A stretch of DNA of 63,402 nucleotides, counting the filler, from Rhabdomonas costata (taxonomy: Eukaryota), in assembly GCA_019059605.1 (NCBI GenBank). It is 35 parts of 35 records of this genome, joined end to end, with 100 filler letters (N's around TTAATTAATTAA, not from the genome) between each part and the next. Parts side by side here need not be neighbours in the genome. Positions count along the whole stretch, not along the records: positions 38,109 to 39,827 come from JAHMHO010010192.1; positions 39,928 to 41,641 come from JAHMHO010010193.1; positions 41,742 to 43,455 come from JAHMHO010010194.1; positions 43,556 to 45,268 come from JAHMHO010010195.1; positions 45,369 to 47,082 come from JAHMHO010010196.1; positions 47,183 to 48,896 come from JAHMHO010010197.1; positions 48,997 to 50,710 come from JAHMHO010010198.1; positions 50,811 to 52,524 come from JAHMHO010010199.1; 27 more parts are not named here. The stretch is one strand, 5' to 3'. A program made the translations under genes and the position numbers. Below, in pieces: positions 38,413 to 52,392 of this stretch (position 1 is its first letter; each line of letters opens with the position of its first letter). The notes below the pieces were generated by a model. The model saw only the letters and a list, made by a program, of their open reading frames with translations, ran no database searches and was not told the origin of the DNA.

Positions 38413-38452
<40 letters not shown>
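38413..38452 (+). repeat. (GA)n microsatellite
   Basis: About 20 GA units. Other dinucleotide tracts occur at 27788-27814 and 31569-31615. Confidence 0.95.
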
Positions 38453-38456
<4 letters not shown>

Positions 38457-39985
38457 GCCAGAGCCCACATGAGGCGAGACGAAGGGGAGGAAGCTGGAAA
38501 GGTGGGCGCGGCGAGGAAGGGAGAGTGGGAATATGTGCAAATGTGTTGAGTTAGGGCTCACTGACTTGACCGGCGGGGGCGGGGCGGGGAGCAGGCGCCC
38601 TGCTCGCCCACCCCCATCACCAACTTACATTCTTACTTGGACGGTTTATGGAAAGGTAACGTGCCAACTATGCTGACATCTTTCCGAGCTTCAGCGAACC
38701 ACTTGTGCCTTGGCCCGGCTGCAGATGAGAAATTCTAGCGGTGGAATGACCACTTTCTCAAGACGACATGGCCATGTTTCATCACCTACCGCCACGCCCA
38801 GACTGGGGTTTGTAAGCCAGATTATCCCAGCCGATGAACACCCCCCCCCTCCTCCTCCCCGTAGTAGGTGGGCTACGGTGGGTTGTATTTCGCGCGCCTC
38901 ATCTCCCATCACCCCGCGGGTCATGCTCTCATCAACAAGACTGTGTGATTTATGTACATGCACCCGTCCCGTCATCCCCAGGTTCATTTTTTGATTTTGT
39001 GCGTTTAATATTGTGAGCCGAAATAGAGACCGCTTTTGCGGGTTACCCACCTTGCTCGTTGTTACTCCAGGTGCTTTAACAAAGCTTGCAGCGATTAAGG
39101 GACGGGGGTGGGACGACCCAAAAAGAGCTCTCAAAAAAGATGAAAAGAACCCCCTTATAAACAAAGCAGTCTCCAAGGAATTCAAGATGAGCTTGAATCT
39201 TCTTCAAATGACATTGAAAATGTACAATTACGAATCAAACTTGCCATTTAATCTTGCATGTGTTATGCCAATGACAATAGTTTACATGCCCCTGGAAGAA
39301 ACTATTTGGTCTTGAAGTTATTTAGTTCCTCCTTCCGACAGCGCGCTAAATTTACAACAAGCTATAACATTTTAAAAATAAAACACTCAAATCGGGTGAA
39401 ATCTGCAGATAAAGAAGCACCGTTGTACATCTTTGTAGGATTTGTTTTCAAACGTTGTGATTGACTTCTTAGTCAATTGGTTTTTGTTGCGGCACTGATG
39501 GTAGTGGAAAGATTTGCTTCATTTGATGTGAGTTTAATGTGTTCACAAGACTTTAGGTGGACCGTAGAGTTGGGTGAAATGAGTGAAGGTTCGTTCACAC
39601 AAGCGCGCTTGTTGCAGTTAATTCCCAACCCAAAACTTCCGTTTTGCCCGAGAACAAAGAATGAGCAACCACAGGCACGAATATGCAGCGCACAGCCGAA
39701 GGGAAAGAGATGGAGTGCACCCTTCCACCCCTGCCACAACCTGAACGCGCCGTTTTTCTGTTGGTAGTGGAGGTTGAGGGACGCGAAGAAAGCCAGTAAG
39801 GGGGAAGTGTGAGTGGTTGCCGTGCGTNNNNNNNNNNNNNNNNNNNNNNNNNNNNNNNNNNNNNNNNNNNNTTAATTAATTAANNNNNNNNNNNNNNNNN
39901 NNNNNNNNNNNNNNNNNNNNNNNNNNNTTTTTTGGGGGGTGAACGCCACCTTCTCCACTTCGGAGTTCACCCTCCAAAAAAATAC

Positions 39986-40406
39986 CAGGGGGCCAGAGCC
40001 GTTGATACGGGTACCGTTGACCCTGGGGTCGTAGAGGCTGACCAAAATCTCTCCGCTGGGAAGGCGGCTTGTCCCGATGCAAACGTAGCTCTCAGCGAAG
40101 ATGAATCCGAACACGGAGGGCCCCTTGACAAGCTCCATTACACGGTAGAAGTAACGTTGCAGTCCCTCCACAGTGGGATCGACCAGCGACGCAGCGGCCA
40201 ACATCTGCGCGGCGACGGACATCTCTCTGGTGAGAAGATTGATCTGCGCCTCCAGCTGAACCTGCACCACGTCAAACACGCGCCCGGAGAGCGACTCCAC
40301 CGATTTCGATGCCGTCGCGGAGGTAGTCTGCCACAGCACCACCATGAAGGCAATGGCGACCAGCACCGCGGGCATGATGATGCTCGTGGACAGCGGGATG
40401 CCCCAC
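39986..40406 (-). CDS. Membrane receptor N-terminus (TM helix + Cache-like extracellular start), cyclase/kinase receptor type
   Basis: WGIPLSTSIIMPAVLVAIAFMVVLWQTT (TM) followed by SKSVESLSGRVFDVVQVQLEAQINLL...LQRYFYRVM; exon bounded by cag| and |gtatt. Confidence 0.5.
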
Positions 40407-43400
40407 CTGCATCTCGGGGCGGAGGAAGGAGGGGAAACGGTGGAAATCCGCCGCGAAACCTGTGTGATGCCGCTTGGGTGGGCACTAAGGTGAAGGTTCA
40501 GGCCGTCGATGGTGCAGGGGAAGATGCTTTGCTCGCAGAAGCTCCCCGTGGGGAGCGGGGCCGCAGGGTGTCTCCGCGGGGGCTGGAATCCGGAATCCGG
40601 AACGGGGCAGGTAAGGTTGGAGGGTATCATTTCCGCAGAAAAACAAAACAGAGAAATCGGATAGCCACCGCGGCACCTTAGCAAATCAGCAAAGGTGCTA
40701 GCCAACAAGATAGGATGAGGAGGGAGAAAAACAAGTAAGAAAGTAAGAGTAAGAGAAGGAGGAGGCGGAACAGGATCGGAGGGGGGGGGGCACAAAAATC
40801 CCGTTTGTGTGCATGAGTATCGTGGAAAATGCGCTGCTCGGCGTCGGGTCCTGGTAACTCTTGGAGAAACCCATCTCGGTGATTCATGGTCCTGAAGAAA
40901 TGGAGCCATAAGGGCACTTCAACGACATCACAAACAATTTCTTGGACGAAAAAGAGAAAGAGCAGGTACACCGGTCAAAGACTCATGCACAACGTTTCAA
41001 CCAAAAAAAACGAAACAACAATCGAAGGAACGCGAGGACAAAAATGAAAGTCCATGCAGGATAGGACCTTGGCAGCTAAAGCGAAGGCAAATTCAGAACT
41101 ACGCTATCCTGTGTCTTTGCGAATGTTCGGTGTTCTATGTTCCGCACAAGACACAGTGCAATACAAAACAACCCCATGTCAAAGAAGAAAACAAAAAGAT
41201 CAGCAAACGTTTTCGGGACCACGGGTGAGAAGCGGGTCTGATAAGGGCAGGCGGAGGAGATGACTGAACATCCATTGACAATTTTAGGGTTTTTCATTTT
41301 TATGTTAATCAATTGCAAAAACTACCCTTATCACCAGCGAGGCCAACATATCTGGCGCACAGGAAGACGTAACACACATCATGATTACAAATTTGACTGA
41401 CAGAAAAATCTCTCGCGCCGTGGGAACGCTATTATGAAGCCCTTTTGTATCAAAGCGAAGCTGAATGGCGCAGTGCACTGGACCTCATAAGGATACCAAT
41501 TATAAGAACTGAAGTCTGCAGGTTGAAGTGTGCGTCACGTTCCGCTTGGTCTTGTGAACCACCTATTTTACATTTACCATTTCAAAACTGGGACAGCTGG
41601 GAGAAAGCAGGGCCAATACCGAAGCATACCACCCCCACACCNNNNNNNNNNNNNNNNNNNNNNNNNNNNNNNNNNNNNNNNNNNNTTAATTAATTAANNN
41701 NNNNNNNNNNNNNNNNNNNNNNNNNNNNNNNNNNNNNNNNNTGTGGTGGTGTGGGTATTTTTGGTGTTGGTGGGGTTTCATGTGGTGTGTTTCAGGTGGG
41801 TTGTCATATTGTATTGCGGTGTTGGGAACGACAGAATTGGCGGTGGTTGGGTGCTTCTTGCGGTGTTTGTACAGGTTGATATGTGTGACAATGGTGGGTT
41901 TGTGTCTCAGAAGGGGTTGCCTAATGGTTCTGTACTGTTGATTTCTGGGGTGGGGTGCTGTTGACGTTGGGGTTCTGCGTGCTGGGATGTATAGTATTTC
42001 CTGTGATCTTATGCATGTGTTGATATGTGCTTTGTGGTGTTGGAGTGTACGTATGGTTCCTTACGTGCGTGTGTGTTGTTGTTGTCGTCGTCATTGTTGT
42101 AGTTGTAGTTGGGGTGGGGTAGTGGTGGGGGTAGAGTGTCTGTTGGTAGTGGGTGTAGCAATGGTGTGGTGTGATGGGGTTGTGTGCTTTTTGGTGTCCT
42201 GTTGATTGGATTGGCGTTGGTTTCATTTGTGATGGCGTTGGTGTGGATGTTGGTGCTGGTGGTGGTGGTGGTGTAGTTCTGTGTGACCGCGGACTGTAGG
42301 GTTGTGATGTTGATTTCGGTGGGCGTGGTGGTGACGTGGGTGGTCTTGGTGTTCTTGGTGGCGTGTCCTGGTGGTATCGTGTCTCATGGTGTGTTGGTTT
42401 TAGCGTCTCTTGTTGTGTCTGGTGTGGTTTCTGCTGTGTCCTCCGATTTCTGCTTCATGTTAATGGGTTCTATGTGTGTTGCTACCTCTGTTCTGTGTCC
42501 TGATGTGGTGCTGTCCTGGTGTCACGTTGCCTTCATTTGTCTCACGGTGTGTGTCCTGATGTCATGGTGTCTCCGTCTCCTTTTGTGCTTTTGCCTGATG
42601 GTGTCGTATCTGCATCCTGTTGTTGTGACCTCGACGTCATTGTTTGTTAATGTTGCCTTCCTGTGTTTCAGTCTCATTGTGTGCGTTACTTGCCTACAGT
42701 TGCGTGTCTCCAGATGTTGATGTGTGGTGTTGGTGCGTATATGAGTGGTGGTGTCGAACTTGATGTATGATTGGTACCTTGTGACATCCGGCGGTGTTTC
42801 TTGCCTCTGTGTGATTCCTTTTCCTGTTGACTTTTGTGTGCGCGACTTTGAGCGTATTCTTCTCAAGATCTCAAGAGCTTTGATCACGTGGTAAAAAGGG
42901 CATATGAAGTGGAGGGTTCAGGCGTTGAAGTGGACTTCGCACGTTGGAAGGCCCCAAAGTCACCACCAACATCAACACCGGAAAATCGACATCAGGGTCA
43001 GGAATTCCAAGCTAACATCCAACGTATGGGTCAAGAATCGCATTATCAGTTCCTTTGAAACACCCCATGACACCCAAGAATGCCATGTTACCATCAATCT
43101 CAACATCAGACGCGAGTATACCACTACCATCGTTTCATCGGACTAGGATGTTGTGTGATTACGTCAAGCATCACGTCCATGGTCGGAAATTGCGTCCATG
43201 TCATATGGTATTGTGACTCTGCTTCATTGTTACGCGTCAGTGTCACGCTTTGCATCTGAATTGAGCGCCTTGGCGTAAACACCATGGGCAGGAACCAAAC
43301 AAGAGGCAACATCAGATACATGAATTCCACACGCAGAAGACCAAGAGCACACAAAGGGTACCTGAAGGGCGGAAAGCGCACGATAAGATCATGATTAGCA

Positions 43401-43876
43401 AAAGTCACACAAAAAGGCGTGGGTGCAGCATAAAGGTCGGGAGTCACACACAACANNNNNNNNNNNNNNNNNNNNNNNNNNNNNNNNNNNNNNNNNNNNT
43501 TAATTAATTAANNNNNNNNNNNNNNNNNNNNNNNNNNNNNNNNNNNNNNNNNNNNGCCTTGACAGCAACCGCTGTGCACAAGACAGGAGGAAATAGGAGC
43601 TATGTGAACAAAAAATGGGTAAATGGCAGCGAGCTGGAGTTTCGAACGTCGCTGACGCCAACTTAAGCTCACCGAACCAAGAGGTATGTGATTTCTTTTG
43701 TTCTCGAAAACCGCCAGCGCGGGCTTCAGTGGCCCGTCCAGCCCAAGCTGCGACAGCACCCCAAACCCGTACCATTGCACTTGTAAGGGTCCATCATCCA
43801 TCTGAGCCTGAGGGGTTTCTTCAGTTTCCTTCAGGGGTTTCGGTATTGGGGTACAAGGAGGCGAAAGGTGGCAGAC

Positions 43877-44959
43877 CTTGCGTGCTCGGCACCATCTTCG
43901 AGAAGGCGTTGAGCACAGTAATTGTCTTCTTGCGGATTGAAGGACTGGAGAGCCCACCAAAAACCACCAAAAAGGAACGGAGCAGGGCGGGTGGTGCGCA
44001 ATGGAAGTTGAGGGGGTGGGGTAGCAACGGTCAAAAACCTGTCTTCTGCCTATTTTGCTCAATTCAACTTGAGAAAAGTTCGGTTAAATAAGTCAGCGTG
44101 CTCAAAATGGCTTCCTTTTGGAGTAAGAACTTTGCCAGTGCTCCCAAGATGAGTGTTTTTGCTCAGCAACTCAAAAGCTACTTCTGGCAAAAGACTAGCC
44201 AATGGTTGGGAAATGGGCGGACGAGTTGGACTGAATTACAGGTTTGGGGCGAAGGCCAGCGACGCAGCGACCGGATCGGGCGGCTGGGGCGGGAACGCGA
44301 CATGAGGGGCCTTGCAGCGACTGTATTAGAACACACTCCCACACTCCCATGGAAAAACTCTTACCACTGGTAATGGCAACCCCCCCCCCCCCATCTCCAG
44401 AGCATCGAGAACAGTAATGCGAAAGTATATGCGAGACCAGATTAAAACAAAGCAGCGAATGGTAGCACGCCTCACGGAAACGCAAAGGCCTTTTTTACCC
44501 ATTAATGAAAAGGGTTGCTTCTAGAAACTGAAAAGATGCAATGGGGTGGTGAGACCTGACGTGTCCGATCAAGCCCGTGACAGCAGTGATCACGCACGGG
44601 ACCAGCTCCGCGTTCAGCATCCGCATACACGCCCCCAGAGCGACGTTCACCTCCAAAGTGTTGGAGCTGCCCAAGTCCTGCGCCAAAACGATTCGTCAGA
44701 ACACGAGGTAAACATCCATTCTAAGCTATTGAAAACCCGAAAAACGCCACCCAATGTCCCAAAACTCGGGGTGCGCATCATCTCTATGCAACCTCTGCTA
44801 CTGAACAACATTTTTGGTAAGCCGAAACGACGCATTAAAAGACGGTTCTTAGGAGGTCCACATACACACACAAAGGGGCTCATGCCTTCAGGATCTGAGC
44901 GATTCCGAGCATCATCAGCTCGTCGTCGGGCTTAATGCAGAAGGACATGCAAAGGTAAC
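43877..44959 (-). CDS. AP4E1: Adaptin large subunit, AP-4 epsilon-like, 3 exons
   Basis: GYLCMSFCIKPDDELMMLGIAQILK|DLGSSNTLEVNVALGACMRMLNAELVPCVITAVTGLIGHVS|PSIRKKTITVLNAF. The first intron (44678-44885) is GC-AG. Confidence 0.75.
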
Positions 44960-47900
44960 CTGTTTGGAGAAGCAAGCACAAGTTCAATCGATTTGAGCCA
45001 GAGATCAACGATCGTGGTCCTCCTATAAAGTGATGAGAAGTGAAAAGCTTATCCAATTCACATGGGATTATTAAAGGCCGAGGGTTCCCTCTACTCCACG
45101 CATGCCTGACCAAAACCACAGTCGACTGTATGGGAGAGGCTACTGGATTGTGGACACATCAGAAAGGTTCGGGATTACTGAAAACTCATCACCTCATCAC
45201 CCCCTATGGTGGCGATGAGGTGATGAGTTTTCAGTAATCCCGAACCTTTCTGATGTGTCCACACCCCCNNNNNNNNNNNNNNNNNNNNNNNNNNNNNNNN
45301 NNNNNNNNNNNNTTAATTAATTAANNNNNNNNNNNNNNNNNNNNNNNNNNNNNNNNNNNNNNNNNNNNGGTGGGGTGTGTTGGGTGTGCTTGCGTGTCTG
45401 TTCCAATCCGTTTCTATTGCTGTGCTTCTGGTTGAAAAAGAAGGTTGCAAAAAGAGCATTTAGGCAGTGAGGTCACTCGATTCACCAATTCAGCCAGAAC
45501 TGATTCGCGCAGAATTCAAATCCTTCCATCAATCGATTTTGCAGTGCTCTGTTGCTGTTTTCGAGCGATGTTCTCCTCTATGCATTATCGAGGGCTGTGT
45601 TCCGCATGGTTACCTCTCTTCTGTTCTATAACATAACCCCAACCGTAACCCAAGTCCTAACCCTCTCTGTTCTGTATTTATGCTGAGGCGCGGACGCGGA
45701 TTCAGAAATATGCTCATGTGCTGTGGCTATGGGGGTTGACGCCCTCAGGGCTGCGGTTTCCGAGCGGGAGGCTCAACCGCGCCGCTGTTGTGGGGAGGTA
45801 CCACGCCGAGCTTCGTGCCCTGGTCTCCAGGGCCGCCCTGCTGCGGCGATAATGGCTTTTCGGCCCCTTCTCAATGCACACTCCTTGCACCTCCGCTAAA
45901 TATCATCTCATCCCCAACACACGAGACCCTTCTTTTCTATCTTTATATGTCGAGATCTGTTTGTGGGTTGCTTCGCTCTGATGGCGTGTTCGCTCGTGTT
46001 GTGTTTATATCGCTAATGTATTTCTTTGGGCTGTTTGAGAATTGATGTGTATTTCCCTCTCGCTCCCTTAGTTTACCTTTAATCGACCCTATCCACCATC
46101 AAAGCTTCCACCAGTGGTTTTCTTTTTTGCACCCGCCTGTAGCAAAACTGCATTTCCAATTTTGTATTCTGTGAAGGCCTTTTCGGGAAATTTTGAGTAA
46201 CATTTCTTTCAGAATACAATGATGGGGATTAAGTATTTGTGCATCGGTTTTCCCACAGCATTTGTTCACCCTTCCATTATTGACAATATAAGCTGTCGAC
46301 TTCGGAACCCCGAGCACCTGGATTGTGTGGATTGTGATTGGAGGTGGGGTGCTATTTTATTCGAAGGTCCAGCCCAGTCCAATTTTGTGCGTGGGATTTT
46401 CTTCTCTTTCTAGCCCGTGGGAGAGCTTTGCCTCTTTGGGGCTGCTGTACCAGGGCCCAGGTGCTTAGAGCTGAAAGCTGTGCGACCTTTTTTCTTCGCG
46501 GATGGGTGGAATATTGAGGCGGTTTCTTGTTTTGAAATGTACGTATGTTTTATCAATGCACTTTGTCTGCTAATATCAGTGGGGCCCAGCGCAGTTTTGC
46601 GCGGGGCACTGTTGTCATCGCGGGATTTAAAAACAAGCGCCTCTCACAGCTTCGACACGCGTGCACTCGCTAACGATTGTGTGCAGATTCCAAACGCGAA
46701 GGACAATGGATGGGAGGCCCAAGTCATCAGCTCCACAGCCAGCGCTCAGCGCCCAGAACATACATTCCATGCATGGTCATACGTGATCAATCGAAAACAC
46801 GTGTTTTCATGGGGACAGCTGTGTTAGCTTGTTTGCGTATGTGTATGTTTGTGATGAACAAACCGATAGGGAACAAAGGCGCACACATACCCTTGCACAG
46901 ACACGCCAAGAGGAGCGACGATGAAAAGAAAAACTACCCCAAACCGAAAACGCGCGCCGCGTAGGTGCTCGCACGGAAATTGCTATAGCACTGTTGTCAG
47001 ACGTGGGGTGCCGGCTCATCAGACAACAGACCAGGACCCTCAGACTGACCAACGTGTCCCAGGCTTATGTACACACACCCCCNNNNNNNNNNNNNNNNNN
47101 NNNNNNNNNNNNNNNNNNNNNNNNNNTTAATTAATTAANNNNNNNNNNNNNNNNNNNNNNNNNNNNNNNNNNNNNNNNNNNNATGGGCACAATGTTTGAA
47201 TCGTATTTCAGAATGAAGTGGATTTTTCATGTGGAGCTTTGCGGCAGATTATCCATGGATGGAAGAATGAGGATTTCAAATTAAACCTAACCATTCTCAC
47301 GGGACCCAGTTATTTCGCCGATATTTCGACACATACCACATTGGCCGAAGAGGACGAGATGGAGCCCGCGTCTTGCAGCTGTCCCAGGGCCAAAGGCTGC
47401 GCTGAAGACGCGGCAGTGCCAAATTTAAGCGCTCGCTTGGCCTACGACACCCACGCACAGGTGCACAATGAGAGGACTGCAAGGTCTGCGAGGACTGAAT
47501 CTGATCGTTGAGGTGCGACGGCCAAAGAGGACGAAGCGTGACTGGAGGACCCACCTTCAGACAAAACATTTGAAGGTCGTTCAGCTGGAGAATACTAGAC
47601 GAACAGGGATGGGAGACGTTGCCTGGTGACAGAAAAGCATGTAAATCATACTTCTCTCTCTCTCTTCTTGGATGAGCTGAGAAGTCGTGAACCGCAGGAA
47701 TGACGCAGTTACGTTGTGTGGCACTCTGGCAACGGTAACAAAAGCTGGCAGGTCGTGCTCGAGTTTTCGAAAGTGGTTTTCCCAAGATTCAAGTCAAAGG
47801 TTGGCAAGTGGGTGGGTGGGTCAATTTCTCTTCCAAGAGGGGACGACCCCCTTATCCACCTTCTCGCTCATCCCCTCTGGAACCCTTGCTTACACCATCA

Positions 47901-49429
47901 CACTGGCGAGTTGCAACTTTGCACTGCTTTGGACGTGGTAAAACCAGGTCCACGTGAAACCAAGTTTTTGCAGATACGTCCGGTGCGTGGTGTGTGTTAA
48001 ACCGCGGGGCAAGAAGCGGCGCAAAGGATACGAAAGAGAGTCCACAAGCAGCCGAGGGTGAAAGGTCAGGAAAACCTGAACCCAAGGACCGGCCACGCAG
48101 CGGTATGCAGTTGTATGTCCAAAAACCATAGCCTGCTTCGGCTTAGCCCTCTCTTGTGGTCCCATCCGTCTCGATTCCTTTTGCTTTTTTTATATACAAA
48201 TTTTCTCCAAATACAAAAAGCCGGCCCTGGAGGGGTGGAAGATGGGCAAGGGCTGCGCAGCGGAGAGGCAACCATTGCGCTGGCAAAGCTGCTTCGGCCG
48301 GCGGAGGCGGCCTCCTCAGGCTCCTCCTCTAAGGGCGGGGCAAGCGCCGCGGAGGCCGAAGCGGGGTGTCCACCCACACTGCCCCCGGAGGAGGACTGCT
48401 GCTTCTGCTGCCGGATCACGGCTTTCTGGTACGCCTCGCTGTTCTGGATGCGCTGTTTCTCTGTCTGTACGGAGGCCTGTGCGAGGGCACCGAAAAGGGC
48501 TATGCAAAGGATCACCCTCAAAAGATTTCGTGACAGAGCACACTTGTGGGGGAGGGGCATGTGTGGCAGCGATGCTCATGTGATGTGGGGAGTTTTCCGA
48601 GGAATTTGTGCTTGTTCTTGGTCAGCCGGTTCACCCGCCCATTCCTGCTTTCATCGGTGCACTGATTCCGTTGTTGCACCGTGATGACCCATGCTGCTGC
48701 AGTGCTTAGGCTTAGGCCAGTGCTTAGGCCAGCACGCAGGCCTGCAAAGGGCCAAAAAGTGCACCCGGGGGCCCTTGAAAATTTTCGAGTCGAAAATGCC
48801 CTTAAACGGTCTGGTCCGGGAGTGAATATGGCGGATGTCACACAGCGAATAGAGCGAGGTTTTGGGCCGAAGTAAGTGTCCTACCACACCCCCCCCNNNN
48901 NNNNNNNNNNNNNNNNNNNNNNNNNNNNNNNNNNNNNNNNTTAATTAATTAANNNNNNNNNNNNNNNNNNNNNNNNNNNNNNNNNNNNNNNNNNNNTTTT
49001 TTTGTGAATCGAAAGATGAGATTGTGACCAGTCCAAAACACTGGTGAGCAGCAGACTTCATACCCCGGAAGAGCAAGGGATTCTACACCTCGTTGGTTGG
49101 ATGCTGCGTGAACTTAACCTGGTGCAATTGAAGTTTCTTATCGGCAATGTGGTGATGCACATCTTGCCTCGAAATCAACAATTCAGCAATTTCGTCAAAG
49201 AAAGTATGTTTGCTACAATTGTTGCAAACTCGAATCTGCTTACCAGTGCTTTGGACTGGTCACAATCTCATCTTTCGATTCAGCCAAAAAAGTCAACACC
49301 ACATGTCTTTGGCGTAAATTGACGACGTATTGTATCTCGGGAGCACGATACTCCTGTACAAGGTGCAAACACCCAAACACCCGACTAAACCCCAGACATC
49401 CACGCCGATCCAAGAATCGTGGCAGGCAC

Positions 49430-50529
49430 CTGCACACACGGACTGGACAAGGGCGTCCTCTTCAAAGCTGGAGAACTGCCTCCCTGAGTGGGCGCTGTTA
49501 GCTTCCCATGCAGACGTCAGGAGGTCGGGAGTTGCCGCATCCTGCACGTTCCGAGCACGAATATAGTATCCGCCAAGGCTGGTTCCAATCACCCACTCGC
49601 TGCCGAGTTCGAAATACAGGTACAGCCCAGAATCACTGCAGTAGTAGTAGGGACGACCTTCATGAAGCTGGTCGGGCGCGTAGTAGGCGAAGTATACTCC
49701 ATTGATATCGGAGCGAAACCCAACGCGGCCACTCACGGAGATATTGCAAACTAAAGCGAGAGCTTGAAGGCAATAAGCAAACAGCACTACACACCACCCG
49801 TCCACAGTCATGCGGTGTGCAGAGAATGCGGTGCAGTGAGGTACGGCCTAATGACACGCCACGTAAAAGCTGGAAACAATGTTGGGTTGCATTCGCATTG
49901 CACATTACACTCGCATCACAAATCAATTACAAATAGGAAAGTAGGTGGAGAAGCTGTTACAGGGACCGCACCGGATGCATGTCTTTTTTTCGTATTTTTG
50001 CGGGGGAGAAAAGTGGGCAAAACGTGGGCAAATGAGATGGGCAAGAAGGAAAGAAACCCCATGCGCATGCACATGTAGATGAATGAAATCATTAGCGCAC
50101 CACACCGACACACGGCAATGTCAAACAAACGAGTTCCCACAGTACTATCGCACACCTCTGCGACTGTTTGGGTACCGAAGTGCCATTTTCCGCAAAGGAC
50201 AAGTTCAATAAATCAAAGTGTGCTGCAGACAATAAATCTTAACGCCAGCGATGAGCTCCAAGGCACAGGTAAAAGGTTCAAGCGTGAAAGACGTGCTGGG
50301 CTTTACAGGGAGGTCCGTTACATTTTCTCTTTTTGAAAGCCTGAACACAAGACAAGACAAGAGGTCCACGTGGAACTTTCTTTTTCAGCCATAGCGAGAG
50401 AAGGGGGCGGCGCGGGCTTACCTGGCACGCAGCAGTGGTCGGCCGTCGTGCACGGATCAGTGAGGCACACCTTGGACGCGTTGGGGACGTGCAGGATGGG
50501 ACACCCCAAAAATGACGAGCACACTTGCC
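49430..50529 (-). CDS. Cys-rich secreted/surface protein fragment, 2 exons
   Basis: VCSSFLGCP...KVCLTDPCTTADHCCVP and CNISVSG...INGVY...HEGRPYYY...LYLYF...WVIG..LG...PD...W; GT donors. Confidence 0.55.
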
Positions 50530-51761
50530 CTGCAGCCGCAGAACATTCAGAAGAATAAAGTATCCTTGTTGCGAGAAAGTGTGGAAGAAGAGTGAGAACA
50601 GCCTACAGCTCCTGCTTATAAAAAGAAGCACGCTGGAAAGCAGAAGGCACGGCAACTGAAAGGGTCCGAAAAAGACCCTTCCTCGATAAGGCTAAGCACT
50701 CACCAAAAACNNNNNNNNNNNNNNNNNNNNNNNNNNNNNNNNNNNNNNNNNNNNTTAATTAATTAANNNNNNNNNNNNNNNNNNNNNNNNNNNNNNNNNN
50801 NNNNNNNNNNTTGTGTTTGTCACCAGGTCTGAGCCGATAGCCAGAAGAGATAGAGAGGAGCTGCTCCGGCCGAGGCCACACTGGGAAACTCCCGAACTTG
50901 CCGGGAGTCTCTATTTTCTGAAAGCAGTTACGAAACCATAGCAATCAAGGCAAGCGCGGGCCCTGTCCTGGCGGTGGATGGAGTAAACAACACAGACACA
51001 CACACAATGGTTGCACAAGGCACAAGTTCGGTTGGAGTTCTCCTCCAGTAAATCAAATGCGTGCCAATTGAGCCAATTGAGTATGTGTCTGGTCGCCTAC
51101 GCGGCACCCTTCGTTTTATCCTGGGCGCGTTTAGAGATCTCTTCCTGGGTACCCAACCTTCCGCGCTCGTTCATTCCTCTGCATCCGGCCCGTTGTGCAT
51201 GTACTCACCGTCCCTTCCCTGAACCCGCTCGACCTCCAGCACTTCTGTCCATTCAGCCCAACTCTGAACATGCGTCCCAGCGCGGATGCTTACCCCGATA
51301 TCAGGTCAGGCTGCGGCCGCCATTGCATGGGTAATTCTGGGGGCCTCGATCTACTCGCTGTGGCTGTCTCACTCTGGCCCTACCCCCTTGACGGGACACC
51401 GAGGGGGTAATCTTAGTTTTGTCATCAGTAACGATTGTTCCGGTTCTGGTGGCTCCGGAGGATGAGGGCTTGTCAGGCCTGCACCAGCGCCAGGGTTTCC
51501 CCCTTTATTGTCCCCAGGGACCCGTCCGTGCTTCTTTCCTTGAGCAACATCTTCTCCACCTGCATCACCTCGGCTTCACCACTCTCATTTTTTTGGGGCA
51601 CTCTTTTTTTGTGTGTGTTTTTGTTTTCTTTTGAAGGCGGGGCCCTCTTTCTTTTTCTTTCCTTTTCCTCCCTCCTTCCCTCCCTTCCCTCCTTTCCCTC
51701 CTCCTCTTCTCCTTTTTCCTCTCCTTTTCCCACCTTGTTTGGCCTCGCTCTTTCTCCCTTC

Positions 51762-52392
51762 CCCGAATGTCCACCGTGCAGTGTCCTCCGCCTTCCCACT
51801 CCCGGTGATTGACCACGGCCACCAATTCATACATGGCCGTATTATGAGGTTCCAGCGACACAGATGCCAAGTCTAATTGCCACGGTGACTGTACCATTGT
51901 GCGTAATTCCCTGGCGGTCACATTAAACCGGACCAGTTTGAGTCCCAGAACAAGCACCTGCGGGAGCTTTGCAAACCTTAGCATTTTCGTTGCGAGCACT
52001 TTCCGTTGACATCTGGGGCATATGAATGCGTTTTTCCATGTCCAGAACCTCATCCCCGAAGTGGTCCATCAGGCTCTCATCCAAGGCGACGATAGGTCTT
52101 TCCGGGACGGCCATAAGCACAACTGTCTCTTCCCTCACTTGATGTCTTACCTCCACATTCTGGGCATTCAACACTTGATTCTTCCATGTGTGACACAATT
52201 TTTTAACACATTATTGGCCTCGGCACTTTCTTGTCCATGCTCCTCCACTGGCGTACCAGGACTCAATGCCTCCTTTTGAAGAACCTCTCAGACTTGACTC
52301 AGGAACTCCAATACATCGTGTTGACCGCCATCTCCAAAATGGGGTAATTCATCAAACACGGCTTTGCGGAAGCCCGTTGGGTTCAGGATAGA
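51762..52392 (-). pseudogene. Intronless, disrupted ubiquitin-specific protease (C19/USP)
   Basis: ILNPTGFRKAV...FGDGGQHDVLEFL..*; CPECG; L.DHFGDEVL; FICPRCQRKVLATK...KLPQVLVLGLK; YELVAVVNH....GGGHC. One stop and at least two frameshifts. Confidence 0.8.

Noticed and set aside
45634-45664. Telomere-like TAACCC units (also near 62240-62260)
   Set aside because: Only a few degenerate units, internal to contigs.
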